DNA of 64,000 nucleotides from Octopus vulgaris (lineage: Eukaryota). The stretch spans positions 117,242,001-117,306,000 of the forward strand of contig OX597819.1 of assembly GCA_951406725.2 (NCBI GenBank). Direction: 5' to 3'. Of this stretch, positions 1-11,531 are shown piece by piece. The notes below the pieces were generated by a model. It was not told the origin of the DNA, did no database searches, and worked only from the letters and a program-made list of their open reading frames with translations. Position 1 is the first letter of the stretch. Each line of letters begins with the position of its first letter. A program made the translations under genes and the position numbers.

Positions 1-1020
1 TTCTCCTGTTAATATGAATAGAATAGTTGTAGGTATTTCCATGCACAACGTCCCTAGATACGTATTGAGAAATCTGAGCGAATTTATTGGCTGCAGTTAC
101 AAAAATAGAACAGCTAAAAGAGAATATCTATTAAAAGAAATTATATTTCAAACTAAAATCATTAATTATCTTCGGAATAATTTAAAAGAAACCATTTTTT
201 CTAATAATCTATGCTTGTGGCATAGATATCTTTCAGTTTTTAAATTTGCTTCTAGCTAATGTTAACTGTTCTTCTTCGTCTTACAATTTACACATGAGTT
301 ATACGTTTTAACGTTCTTGAGACCATCAAATTTCAATTAATTCTCTACGGTGCTAAATCAAACATTAAATTTCCTACTATTACTAAAATGTTTTTAATTA
401 ATTTGACTGAATCTGCAGAATCGTTATAATGCAGTTATATTCTCAGACTACTCTAACTTAAGTGTTGGAGAAACTAAACTTACACTGGCAAACTGTATTC
501 TTTATGGTACGTTTATTGCAGAAGATGAAAGGATCAACTTGCCATTGAACACATGTTACTCCACAATACCATAAAATCCAAATAATATTCTTAGAATTCA
601 TTTATTTTTCTTACTAGCTTTTGTCTTTGGAATATCAACTGCTAACGAATCTCCTTTATCCAGGTTGGTACATCAAAATAGTGCTTACTTGTACATTACA
701 GCTTATTTTTTTTTTACTTTTCAGAAAGATCAAAGTTAAAGAACAATGCAAGTTTGGTTTCGATAGTAAGCAATTCTCTGGTCGTCACATTTTATCTTCT
801 TTTGGGTATGTCGGAGGATGTCATCTCGCTTGATCTAATTGAATAAACTATTTAGAAACAAGTGAAGTTGCTTTTTGACAATAATTATTATTCGACACCT
901 GAAATATCTGCTCAAACAATGAGCAGATACACATAAACATATACATACTGATATACATAAATACGTACGTACACACACACACACAGACATACGTATATGT
1001 ATATATATATATATATATAT

Positions 1021-2421
1021 AAATAATAAATATTAGGGAATAAATCCAAATTTACAGGGAAAGAAATCAGATTTAGGATTAAATCCAATTTATAGTAAAA
1101 TATTATAAAATATTATTAGAGACAAAACCACTATTTTGCAAAACAAACAAGGAAAGACTTAATCAATACATAAAATTTTAATAAATAGTCAAAAAAACCG
1201 CCACTACAATCGTTTCTTGTCTTGATCGACAATCTTCAGGTGGACTTCAATCTAAATATCAATATTTTAAAATATACAAATAATAATTTTAAAATAATTA
1301 AAGTATGAATGAAAAAATATAAATATATAATCCATATATAACCTATATATAATCCATATATAATCAATATATAAACAATATATAAACTAAAATAAACCTA
1401 TCAACAATTAAATATAAAATATAAAATATAAAACAAAACAAAAAAAATAATAATAATATAATAATAAACTATATATACACCCATACACATGTACCTAATT
1501 ATATAAAACCATATCTAACTACATACACTAAATCACACACCTATATATATATCCCTATACATACACATAAAAACGTCTAGGCAACTAAAAATAAATAAAA
1601 TAGCTAAATACTTCAACACAATACTTATTCATACTCCCCCACACACACACATACAACCCACATTCACGCTCTAGAAACCGGACATCACTCAAAACTATGA
1701 ACGGAGAAATAGAATAAATGGAATTAAAAATTATATTCACTTGGTAAAACGAACACTACTTAAAAATTATGAATGAAACAATGCAATAAAACAACAGACA
1801 TCGCAAATATACACAAATTACTACGAATTCCTTAACAAACCTACCATGATAAACCAAAACTCACAAAAACATATAATGATAAAATCTCCCTTTACTAAAC
1901 TCTATAACATACCTTTATAGCAATCCCCCTAACCTAAACATTCACACACAAATACACACTCGTAAACCACACACCTACGACATATACAAATACCCACACC
2001 ACTTACACATACCAATACATACATATAAACCTCAACATATACTCCAAAAACCCACTCTACCCCACACAGACAAATAAACACAAAAATTATGAATGGATTC
2101 TTTTATAAAACTACCATGATAAGCTAAAACTCACAAAACAGAAAAACCTCCCTTTACTAAACACTATAACATACTTATATAGCAATCCCTTTAACCTATA
2201 CATTCACACACAAAAACACACACGTAAACCACACACCCATAACAAATACAAACACCCACCCCACTCACACACCCCACAAGTACATATAAGCCTCAACATA
2301 TACACCAAACAAAATTACTTTACCAAGGAACTTAACATATGTATAAAAAGTATAACCGCTCTGGAAACGAACATCTCTAAATTAATGAATGGAGAAATGG
2401 AAATAAATGGAATTAAAAATA
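1021..2421 (-). repeat. Inverted pLTR copy at the 5' end of the PLE
   Basis: 1021-1997 is the reverse complement of 2422-3401. 1998-2421 continues as the reverse complement of ~9641-10070. Confidence 0.93.
1201..1243 (-). ncRNA. Minimal type I hammerhead ribozyme (inverted pLTR)
   Basis: Minus strand reads CCAC-CUGAAGA-UUGUC(GAUCAA)GACAA-GAAAC(GAUU)GUA-GUGG: intact core, stems I-III, GUA cleavage triplet. Confidence 0.88.
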
Positions 2422-3316
2422 GTGGGTATTTGTATATGTCGTAGGTGTGTGGTTTACGAGTGTGTATTTTTGTGTGAATGTTTAGGGTAGGGGGATTGCT
2501 ATAAAGGTATGTTATAGAGTTTAGTAAAGGGAGATTTTATCATTATATGTTTTTGTGAGTTTTGGTTTATCATGGTAGGTTTGTTAAGGAATTCGTAGTA
2601 ATTTGTGTATATTTGCGATGTCTGTTGTTTTATTGCATTGTTTCATTCATAATTTTTAAGTAGTGTTCGTTTTACCAAGTGAATATAATTTTTAATTCCA
2701 TTTATTCTATTTCTCCGTTCATAGTTTTGAGTGATGTCCGGTTTTCTAGAGCGTGAATGTGGGTTGTATGTGTGTGTGTGTGGGAGTATGAATAAGTATT
2801 GTGTTGAAGTATTTAGCTATTTTATTTATTTTTAGTTGCCTAGACGTTTTTATGTGTATGTATAGGGATATATATATAGGTGTGTGATTTAGTGTATGTA
2901 GTTAGATATGGTTATATATAATTAGGTATATGTGTATGGGTGTATATATAGTTTATTATTATATTATTATTATTTTTTTTGTTTTGTTTTATATTTTATA
3001 TTTTATATTTAATTGTTGATAGGTTTATCTTAGTTTATATATTGTTTATATATTGATTATATATGGATTATATATAGGTTATATATGGATTATATATTTA
3101 TATTTTTTCATTCATACTTTAATTATTTTAAAATTATTATTTGTATATTTTAAAATATTGATATTTTAGATTGAAGTCCATCTGAAGATTGTCGATCAAG
3201 ACAAGAAACGATTGTAGTGGCGGTTTTTTTGACTATTTATTAAAATTTTATGTATTGATTAAGTCTTTCCTTGTTTGTTTTGCAAAATAGTGGTTTTGTC
3301 TCTAATAATATTTTAT
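2422..3316 (+). repeat. 5' direct pLTR (5'-truncated upstream copy)
   Basis: Near-identical to 10070-10962 by eye. Confidence 0.92.
3178..3220 (+). ncRNA. Minimal type I hammerhead ribozyme (5' pLTR)
   Basis: CCAU-CUGAAGA-UUGUC(GAUCAA)GACAA-GAAAC(GAUU)GUA-GUGG. Stem I closes with a U-G wobble, and predicted cleavage is after A3216. Confidence 0.85.
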
Positions 3317-3454
3317 AATATTTTACTATAAAATTGGATTTAATCCTAAATCTGATTTTTTTCCCTGTAAATTTGGATTTATTCCCTAATATTTATTATT
3401 TATATAATATTGATAATTTTGTATATTGAGTGTAATACCTCAATTTCGTAAATT

Positions 3455-5083
3455 ATGGATTTTACAGGTAAGATAGAACCGCTGTTTTGGGATTCATCTT
3501 TGAAAGATATTCCTATTCCTTCTAGAAAGGAATTTATCTTGAAACTTGTTAATAATGTTAAAGATTTTATTTCTAGAATTAAATGGAAAGCTTTTTACTA
3601 TAATTTTTATTTATTTAATGATATTGATAGTAGGAATGATAATTTTACCTCTAAATTTAAATCTAGAAAGGAACCTCCATTTAATAAAGAATTACAATTA
3701 CTTGAAGATAGTATATGGAAGGTGGTAAAAAATATTGAATTCCATAAATACCCAAATAGAAATAATGAATATTTAAGGAATTTAGCAATTAAAATTAAAG
3801 ATATGAGAAATATGGATGGTATTATAGTACAATCTGATAAAACAAGGAACTTATATAAATTAGATGTTAAATTATATGATAAACTATTAGGGAAAGAAAT
3901 AATTAAAAAATATAAAATTGTTCCAGATGATATTCTTTATAATATTAATAAGGCCTCTAAAGTAGTAATGTTAAAATATGAGTTGGATAATAAAACTGAA
4001 CCTTATGTACCTTTGCACCCCAGAATTACTCTTAAAGACCATAAAGATAATTTTTATTCAGACCCTAAAGTTAGATTAATTTGCCCATGTAAATCGGACC
4101 TAGGTAAATTAAGTAAATTTATTTTAGATAAATATATTGATAAGTTAAATAAACTTAATTATTTAAAATTATGGTTTAGTAATAATAATACATTGAAATG
4201 GTTTAATAATATTAAAGATAAAAATCGTTATAAATTTATTCAAATAGATATAGATAATTATTATTCTTCTATTAATGAAATTGTGTTTAATAAAGCGCTT
4301 ATTTTCGCAATGAATAAAGTGGGTATGTCACGGGAAGAAGTTAATGTAATTAAAATGGCTAGGAAATCGCTAATTAAATATAAAAATAAATTATGGGCTA
4401 GGAATGATACTAGAGATTGTTTTGATATACCTATGGGAGCACCAGATTCTGCACAAGCTACTGATTTAGTAGGTATTTTTCTTTTATCTGAACTCCAATT
4501 AGAAAATCTTAAGATAGAGGGTGGTTTATATAGAGACGATCTTCTACTAGTTACAAAGAATTGTACTAATAGGAATCTAGAAGTATATAAGAAAAAACTA
4601 TATAGTTTCTTTAAAAGATATGGTTTAAGTATTACTATATATAAGGAGAATTATAATGTTAATTATTTAGATGTTAATTTTAATCTTATTACAGGTAAAA
4701 CACAACCATATCATAAACTTAATGAGAACCTTAGATATATAAATGTTAATAGTAATCACCCATTTTCTATTAAAAAATCGTTGATTAATAATATAAGTAA
4801 ACGTATTTCATTACTCTCTTATGATATAGAGATTTTTAATAAACATGCTAATTATTATAATGAGGCCCTTAGAGGGGCAGGTTATAATAGGAATATTAAA
4901 TTTTATAATATTAGTGATAAAGATTTAATTGTTAATTTTCGAGATACTTCTAATAATAATTATAATTTTGTTAGGTTTAGTGGTAAAAATAATAGATATT
5001 ATAAAAAAAATAATAAAAATGATAAAAATATAAATAAGAATAATAATAATAATAATAAATATAATAATAATAATAATAAATAA
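3455..5083 (+). CDS. PLE reverse transcriptase (N-terminal part of the RT-EN polyprotein; frameshift near 5078-5083)
   Basis: 542-aa ORF with SDKTRNLY, KDHK..PKVRLI, DIDNYYSSI (motif A), IPMGAPDS (B), LYRDD (C), NYLDV, and YINVNSNHP..IKK thumb. Confidence 0.93.
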   Translation: MDFTGKIEPLFWDSSLKDIPIPSRKEFILKLVNNVKDFISRIKWKAFYYNFYLFNDIDSRNDNFTSKFKSRKEPPFNKELQLLEDSIWKVVKNIEFHKYPNRNNEYLRNLAIKIKDMRNMDGIIVQSDKTRNLYKLDVKLYDKLLGKEIIKKYKIVPDDILYNINKASKVVMLKYELDNKTEPYVPLHPRITLKDHKDNFYSDPKVRLICPCKSDLGKLSKFILDKYIDKLNKLNYLKLWFSNNNTLKWFNNIKDKNRYKFIQIDIDNYYSSINEIVFNKALIFAMNKVGMSREEVNVIKMARKSLIKYKNKLWARNDTRDCFDIPMGAPDSAQATDLVGIFLLSELQLENLKIEGGLYRDDLLLVTKNCTNRNLEVYKKKLYSFFKRYGLSITIYKENYNVNYLDVNFNLITGKTQPYHKLNENLRYINVNSNHPFSIKKSLINNISKRISLLSYDIEIFNKHANYYNEALRGAGYNRNIKFYNISDKDLIVNFRDTSNNNYNFVRFSGKNNRYYKKNNKNDKNINKNNNNNNKYNNNNNK

Positions 5084-5972
5084 GAATAATAAAAATAAAA
5101 ATAAATTTAATAATTATTATAATAATTATATTGATAAATTTAATAATATTAATAATTCCTTAAATGCTGTACATAGATATAATTCTGATAATAATTTTAA
5201 TAAAATAAAGAATTATAAATATATTTATAATAATGATAATAATAATAAGGTTAATAAGAATAAAATTTGGTTAATAGTTCCTTATGGAGATCAAGTAAAA
5301 ACGAATATTATTAAAGAGATTTTAGATGTTATAGAACTATTTATTAGAGATAATCGTAAATATAGAAACATTTTCTCTTTTAATAATTTTGGAGTTGGTT
5401 ACTCTACCACTAATAATGTTGGTAACATTATTTCTTCATTTAATAAATATAAACTGAATAATTTTTATAAAAAGAAATTATTTGATAATAATATTAATAA
5501 TGATAAGACTTATATTAATTGTACATGTAGAGATAAATCTAATTGTATATTAAATAATAATTGTGATATTAACGATGTAGTGTATAAATGTATAGTTACA
5601 TTACATGATAATAACTTTAAGAATAATAATTACACAAAAGCGGTTTATATAGGTTCTACTTCCTCAAAAATAAAACTAAGAATCGCACAACATATGAATT
5701 CTTTTAAAAATAAAAACTTAATCAACTCAACCGGACTTAGTAAGTACATTTGGAGTCTTAAATCATTAAATATTAATTATAGTTTAATTTGGGAAATAAT
5801 TTGTAAAACTAAATCATATACTATAGGAGCTAATTGTTGTTATTTATGCTCTAATGAGTTTAAAGAAATTTTATTTTATAAGTATGATAATTTACTTAAT
5901 ACTGGTGAAGAGCGCAAAATAAAATGCAGACATAAGTTACTTTACCTATATAATAAGTTTCATGATAAATAG
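5082..5972 (+). CDS. PLE linker + GIY-YIG endonuclease (C-terminal part of the polyprotein, +1 frame)
   Basis: Manual translation is open from 5082: Asn-rich tract, IWLIVPY, CTCRDKSNC (CxCx5C), VVYKC..VYIGST..KLRIAQH, LSKYIW, CYLC..E, LLN, KCRH, TAG at 5970-5972. Confidence 0.9.
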   Translation, partial: KNNKNKNKFNNYYNNYIDKFNNINNSLNAVHRYNSDNNFNKIKNYKYIYNNDNNNKVNKNKIWLIVPYGDQVKTNIIKEILDVIELFIRDNRKYRNIFSFNNFGVGYSTTNNVGNIISSFNKYKLNNFYKKKLFDNNINNDKTYINCTCRDKSNCILNNNCDINDVVYKCIVTLHDNNFKNNNYTKAVYIGSTSSKIKLRIAQHMNSFKNKNLINSTGLSKYIWSLKSLNINYSLIWEIICKTKSYTIGANCCYLCSNEFKEILFYKYDNLLNTGEERKIKCRHKLLYLYNKFHDK

Positions 5973-7154
5973 CAGTAATAGTTCCCTTTTAGGTTACTTT
6001 AGTTTAGTTTAAATTAGTTTAGATAATATATTTTTTTTGGTTATGTTGTCTAGGCTTTAATTATAGTTAGTCTTTATTGATATTTCTTTGTTTTAATTAG
6101 TTCATTTTTAATGTATATTAATTTAACAGTATATGGTATGTTAAAACTTTAATAATTTATATTAGATTTTTTAATTTTTTTATTTTCTTTATTTATATAT
6201 TTTTAAATTTTTTTATTTTTATTTTTATTTTATTTTATTATGTATTTTTATTATGTATTTGTTATATGTATTTTGGAGGATATATTTATATGTTGATGGG
6301 TGTTATATAGTGGTGTTTTTATTGAGTTTTGTATGTATGTGTGAATGTTTATGATCCCTTTGTTTTTTGTTTTTTATTTGGTATGTTGAATTGACAGATT
6401 TTATTTGGGTATTGTCTGTTATAATAAAGTACACACACCCATAACAAATATAAGTGCCCACTTCATTCGCTGTACCTGGAATTGCATGTGAGCCTCAACA
6501 TATACACCTAACGGTCACTCCCGCCCCATACGGTTATATAAACACATACATCCCCAAAAATGGGCGTAATCCCACTCACACCAATCATATGTATACAATT
6601 ATACACACTAGAATAATACATAACTAACCCAAATATACAGAACATACCAAAAATCACCAACTAACCACCATCACAAATGAAACCCACACCCATACAATGA
6701 CAAAACTCCCCCTCCATACCCAATTTACACCCACATAGCAATCCCAATATATTCATCCATACATGGACGCACGTGCGTGAAGCACATGCACACAATAAAT
6801 ACGTACAACCCCCCAATACACACTCATATACATACGTATCAAGCTCGACATCCACAGCGATACGATTACACCCACTCACACCCAGATGGGTGAATTGCAC
6901 AACCAGGGAACGCACACACACACGTGTGCGTTTTTTGATTGTGCAATTCGCCCATATGCATGTATGCGGGCGCGATTACATTGTTGCATATATCGAGCCC
7001 AAATAGCATGCATATGTACATGTGAGGGGGTACACGCAAATGACGTGCGCGTGTACCCCCTGCATTTATACCCGTGCGTGAATATACACATGGAGACTAC
7101 CACACAGGTACAAATGTGTATAGTAATGGGAGCCCCATCACTACACTCAATGTA

Positions 7155-9706
7155 TACTCTCACCCATCCGCACGGATGTGTTAGTAATCTCCGGTGTATA
7201 TGTTGAGGCTATATGTAGCGCTGTGGAGGCGAACGTCGTTGAAATTGTGAATGAATGGGTGGAGTTGGGAATTGTAACCGGGTGGTGGACTAGCGTTGCT
7301 TGGAATTGTGAATGGATTAGTGTAGTAGTGAGGTAGGCATCGAGAATAGGTTGGGTTGCTGCAAGTTGTTTGTTAGAGCTGCTAAGGTGAGCTAAAGCTC
7401 ATAAATGTATATAATGATTTTTCATGGTAGTTTTTTTAAAGAATCCATTCATAATAAATTTTTTTTTAAGTAGTGTTGGTTTGCCACGTGGATATAGTTT
7501 TTAGTTCCATTTATTCTATTTCTCCATTCATAATTTTAAATGACGTTTACTTTCCATGGCGCGTATTCTTTTTTTACATAAGTTATTTCTATGGTAACGT
7601 AATTTTGGTTTGATTTTTTTAACGGCTAAGAATTTAATTTCACTTCATAATTTGAAACTGACTTGTAAGTATGTATTTTATTTATCCTTATGTCATATTG
7701 TTATTTTTGATATTCTGGTTAATTACGATGTATTTAATGTTGTTTTCATAGGAGTGTTTATGTATATGAGATTGTGTGTGAGTTTTTAGTTGTATAATTT
7801 ATTTATCTGTATGAGTGTGGGTGTGTAAATATTGTTGTATATATCGAGTTTAGTGAGTATGTATATGCGTATATGTGAGGGAGTATATGTATCTGTTGTG
7901 TGTGTGTTTTGCGTGTGTGTGTGTTTGTGTGTGAATGTGTATATGGGTTTGTTATTTAGGTTTTGGGATGTATGTGTTAATTTGTCTGTGTGGGAGGGAG
8001 TGGGTTTTGGTGTATATTGAGGTTTATAAGTTAGTATAGGTATGTGTATAAGTCGTGGGTCTGTGGTTTACGTGTGTGTATTTGTGTGTGAATGTTTAGG
8101 TTAGGGGGATTGCTATATAGGTTTGTTATAGAGTTTAGCAAAGGGAGATTTTATCGTTATAGGTTTTAAGAGTTTTGGTTTATCATGGTTTTTTTAGGGA
8201 ATTCGTGGTAATTTGTCTATTTTCGATGTTGGTTGTTTTATTACATTGTTTCATTCATAATTTTTGAGTGGTGTTCGTTTTGCCACGTGAATATTATTTT
8301 TAATTCCATTTATTCCATTTCTCCATTCATTAATTTAGAGATGTTCGTTTCCAGAGCGGTGTGGTTTACGTGTGTGTATTTGTGTGTGCATGTTTAGGTT
8401 AGGGGGATTGCTATATAAGTATGTTATAGAGTTTAGTAAAGCGAGATTTTATCATTTTATGTTTTTTGTGAGTTTTGGTTTATCATGGTAGGTTTGTTAA
8501 GGAATTACTCTCACCCATCCGCACGGATGTGAATCTCCGGTGTATAGGTGAGGCTTATATGTAGCGCTGTGGAGGCGAACGTTGTTGAAATTGTGAATGA
8601 ATGGGTGGAGTTGGGAATTGTAACCGGGTGGTGGACTAGCGTTGCTTGGAATTGTGAGTGGAATAGTGTAGTAGTGAGGTAGGCATCGAGAATAGGTTTG
8701 GGTTGCTGCAAGTTGTTTGTTAGAGCTGCTAAGGTGAGCTAAAGCTCATAAATGTATATAATGATTTTTCATGGTAGTTTTTTAAAGAATCCATTCATAA
8801 TAAATTTTTTAAGTAGTGTTGGTTTGCCACGTGGATATAGTTTTTAGTTCATTTATTCTTTTTCTCCATTCATAATTTTAAATGACGTTTACTTTCCATG
8901 ACGCGTATTCTTTTTTTACATAAGTTATTTCTATGGTAACGTAATTTTGGTTTGATTTTTTTAACGGCTAAGAATTTAATTTCACTTCATAATTTGAAAC
9001 TGACTTGTAAGTATGTATTTTATTTATCCTTATGTCATATTGTTATTTTTGATATTCTGGTTAATTACGATGTATTTAATGTTGTTTTCATAGGAGTGTT
9101 TATGTATATGAGATTGTGTGTGAGTTTTTAGTTGTATAATTTATTTATCTGTATGAGTGTGGGTGTGTAAATATTGTTGTATATATCGAGTTTAGTGAGT
9201 ATGTATATGCGTATATGTGAGGGAGTATATGTATCTGTTGTGTGTGTGTGTTTTGCGTGTGTGTGTGTTTGTGTGTGAATGTGTATAAGGGTTTGTTATT
9301 TAGGTTTTGGGATGTATGTGTTAATTTATTTGTGTGGGGAGGGAGTGGGTTTTGGTGTATATTGAGGTTTATAAGTTAGTATAGGTATGTGTATAAGTCG
9401 TGGGTCTGTGGTTTACGTGTGTGTATTTGTGTGTGAATGTTTAGGTTAGGGGGATTGCTATATAGGTTTGTTATAGAGTTTAGCAAAGGGAGATTTTATC
9501 GTTATATGTTTTTGAGAGTTTTGGTTTATCATGGTTTTTTTAGGGAATTCGTGGTAATTTGTCTATTTTCGATGTTGGTTGTTTTATTACATTGTTTCAT
9601 TCATAATTTTTGAGTGGTGTTCGTTTTGCCACGTGAATATTATTTTTAATTCCATTTATTCCATTTCTCCATTCATTAATTTAGAGATGTTCGTTTCCAG
9701 AGCGGT
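7155..9706 (+). repeat. ~1.2 kb near-identical direct duplication inside the PLE 3' region
   Basis: Units 7155-8360 and 8506-9706 both start TACTCTCACCCATCCGCACGGATGTG and end GTTTCCAGAGCGGT. Confidence 0.9.
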
Positions 9707-10069
9707 TATACTTTTTATACATATGTTAAGTTCCTTGGTAAAGTAATTTTGTTTGGTGTATATGTTGAGGCTTATATGTACTTGTGGGTGTGTGTGAGTG
9801 GGGTGGGTGTTTGTATTTGTTATGGGTGTGTGGTTTACGTGTGTGTTTTTGTGTGTGAATGTATAGGTTAAAGGGATTGCTATATAAGTATGTTATAGTG
9901 TTTAGTAAAGGGAGGTTTATCATTTCTGTTTTGTGAGTTTTAGCTTATCATGGTAGTTTTATAAAAGAATCCATTCATAATTTTTGTGTTTATTTGTCTG
10001 TGTGGGGTTGAGTGGGTTTTTGGAGTATATGTTGAGGTTTATATGTATGTATTGGTATGTGTAAGTGGT

Positions 10070-10956
10070 GTGGGTATTTGTATATGTCGTGGGTGTGTGG
10101 TTTACGAGTGTGTATTTGTGTGTGAATGTTTAGGTTAGGGGGATTGCTATAAAGGTATGTTATAGAGTTTAGTAAAGGGAGATTTTATCATTATATGTTT
10201 TTGTGAGTTTTGGTTTATCATGGTAGGTTTGTTAAGGAATTCGTAGTAATTTGTGTATATTTGCGATGTCTGTTGTTTTATTGCATTGTTTCATTCATAA
10301 TTTTTAAGTAGTGTTCGTTTTACCAAGTGAATATAATTTTTAATTCCATTTATTCTATTTCTCCGTTCATAGTTTTGAGTGATGTCCGGTTTTCTAGAGC
10401 GTGAATGTGGGTTGTATGTGTGTGTGTGTGGGAGTATGAATAAGTATTGTGTTGAAGTATTTAGCTATTTTATTTATTTTTAGTTGCCTAGACGTTTTTA
10501 TGTGTATGTATAGGGATATATATATAGGTGTGTGATTTAGTGTATGTAGTTAGATATGGTTATATATAATTAGGTATATGTGTATGGGTGTATATATAGT
10601 TTATTATTATATTATTATTATTTTTTTTTGCTTTGTTTTATATTTTATATTTTATATTTAATTGTTGATAGGTTTATTTTAGTTTATATATTGTTTATAT
10701 ATTGATTATATATTGATTATATATAGGTTATATATGGATTATATATTTATATTTTTTCATTCATACTTTAATTATTTTAAAATTATTATTTGTATATTTT
10801 AAAATATTGATATTTTAGATTGAAGTCCACCTGAAGATTGTCGATCAAGACAAGAAACGATTGTAGTGGCGGTTTTTTTGACTATTTATTAAAATTTTAT
10901 GTATTGATTAAGTCTTTCCTTGTTTGTTTTGCAAAATAGTGGTTTTGTCTCTAATA

Positions 10957-10962
<6 letters not shown>
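10070..10962 (+). repeat. 3' pLTR of the PLE
   Basis: Direct repeat of 2422-3316; ends at a (TA)n tract. Confidence 0.92.
10827..10869 (+). ncRNA. Minimal type I hammerhead ribozyme (3' pLTR)
   Basis: CCAC-CUGAAGA-UUGUC(GAUCAA)GACAA-GAAAC(GAUU)GUA-GUGG; predicted cleavage after A10865. Confidence 0.9.
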
Positions 10963-11187
<225 letters not shown>

Positions 11188-11297
11188 CAACTGAAGGACA
11201 TGTGTCCTTCGATACTTAATTATTTAGATTTTATTCCCTGTTTCGGAAATTGTCTTTCGTAAATTCTGAAGTATAATGTGGACGGTATATTTAATAA

Positions 11298-11531
11298 AGG
11301 CGAGTTGGCAGAGACGTTAGCACGCCGGGCGAAATGCTTAGCAGTATTTCGTCTGTCTCTACCTTCTGAGTTCAAATTCCGTCGAGGTAGACTTTGCTTT
11401 CTTCCTTTCGGAGTCGATAAATTAAGTAGCAGTTACGTACTGGGGTGGGTCGATATAATCGACTTAGTCCGTTTGTCTGTCCTTGTTTGTCCCCTCTGTG
11501 TTTAGCCCCTTGTGGGTAGTAAAGAAATAGG
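11298..11531 (+). mobile_element. tRNA-derived SINE, family B (GGCGAGCTGGCAGA head, Nin/Deu-like core)
   Basis: A/B-box-like head (GAGTTCAAATTCC) and core TCCTTTCGG.GTCGATAAA. Target duplication GGTATATYTAATAA at 11284-11297 and 11530-11543. Confidence 0.85.

Larger units (their letters stand above)
1021..10962 (+). mobile_element. Near full-length Penelope-like retroelement (probably Naiad-type) with 5' inverted pLTR, 5' direct pLTR, RT-GIY-YIG ORF and long 3' region
   Basis: RT and GIY-YIG ORFs at 3455-5972. 2422-3316 is repeated directly at 10070-10962, and 1021-2421 is the reverse complement of the same pLTR. (TA)n lies on both flanks. Confidence 0.95.

Noticed and set aside
5070-5090. 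Programmed ribosomal frameshift between RT and EN
   Set aside because: Copy 2 reads through this point in frame, so the shift is a copy-specific indel or a sequencing error.
3455-5972. Selenocysteine recoding, which I recall being reported for some Naiad PLEs
   Set aside because: No in-frame TGA in either coding segment. The break is TAA plus a frame change, and the terminal stop is TAG.
7155-10200. CRISPR-like or other repeat-spacer array
   Set aside because: The repeats are long, degenerate and irregularly spaced, with no unique spacers or cas genes, in a eukaryotic context.
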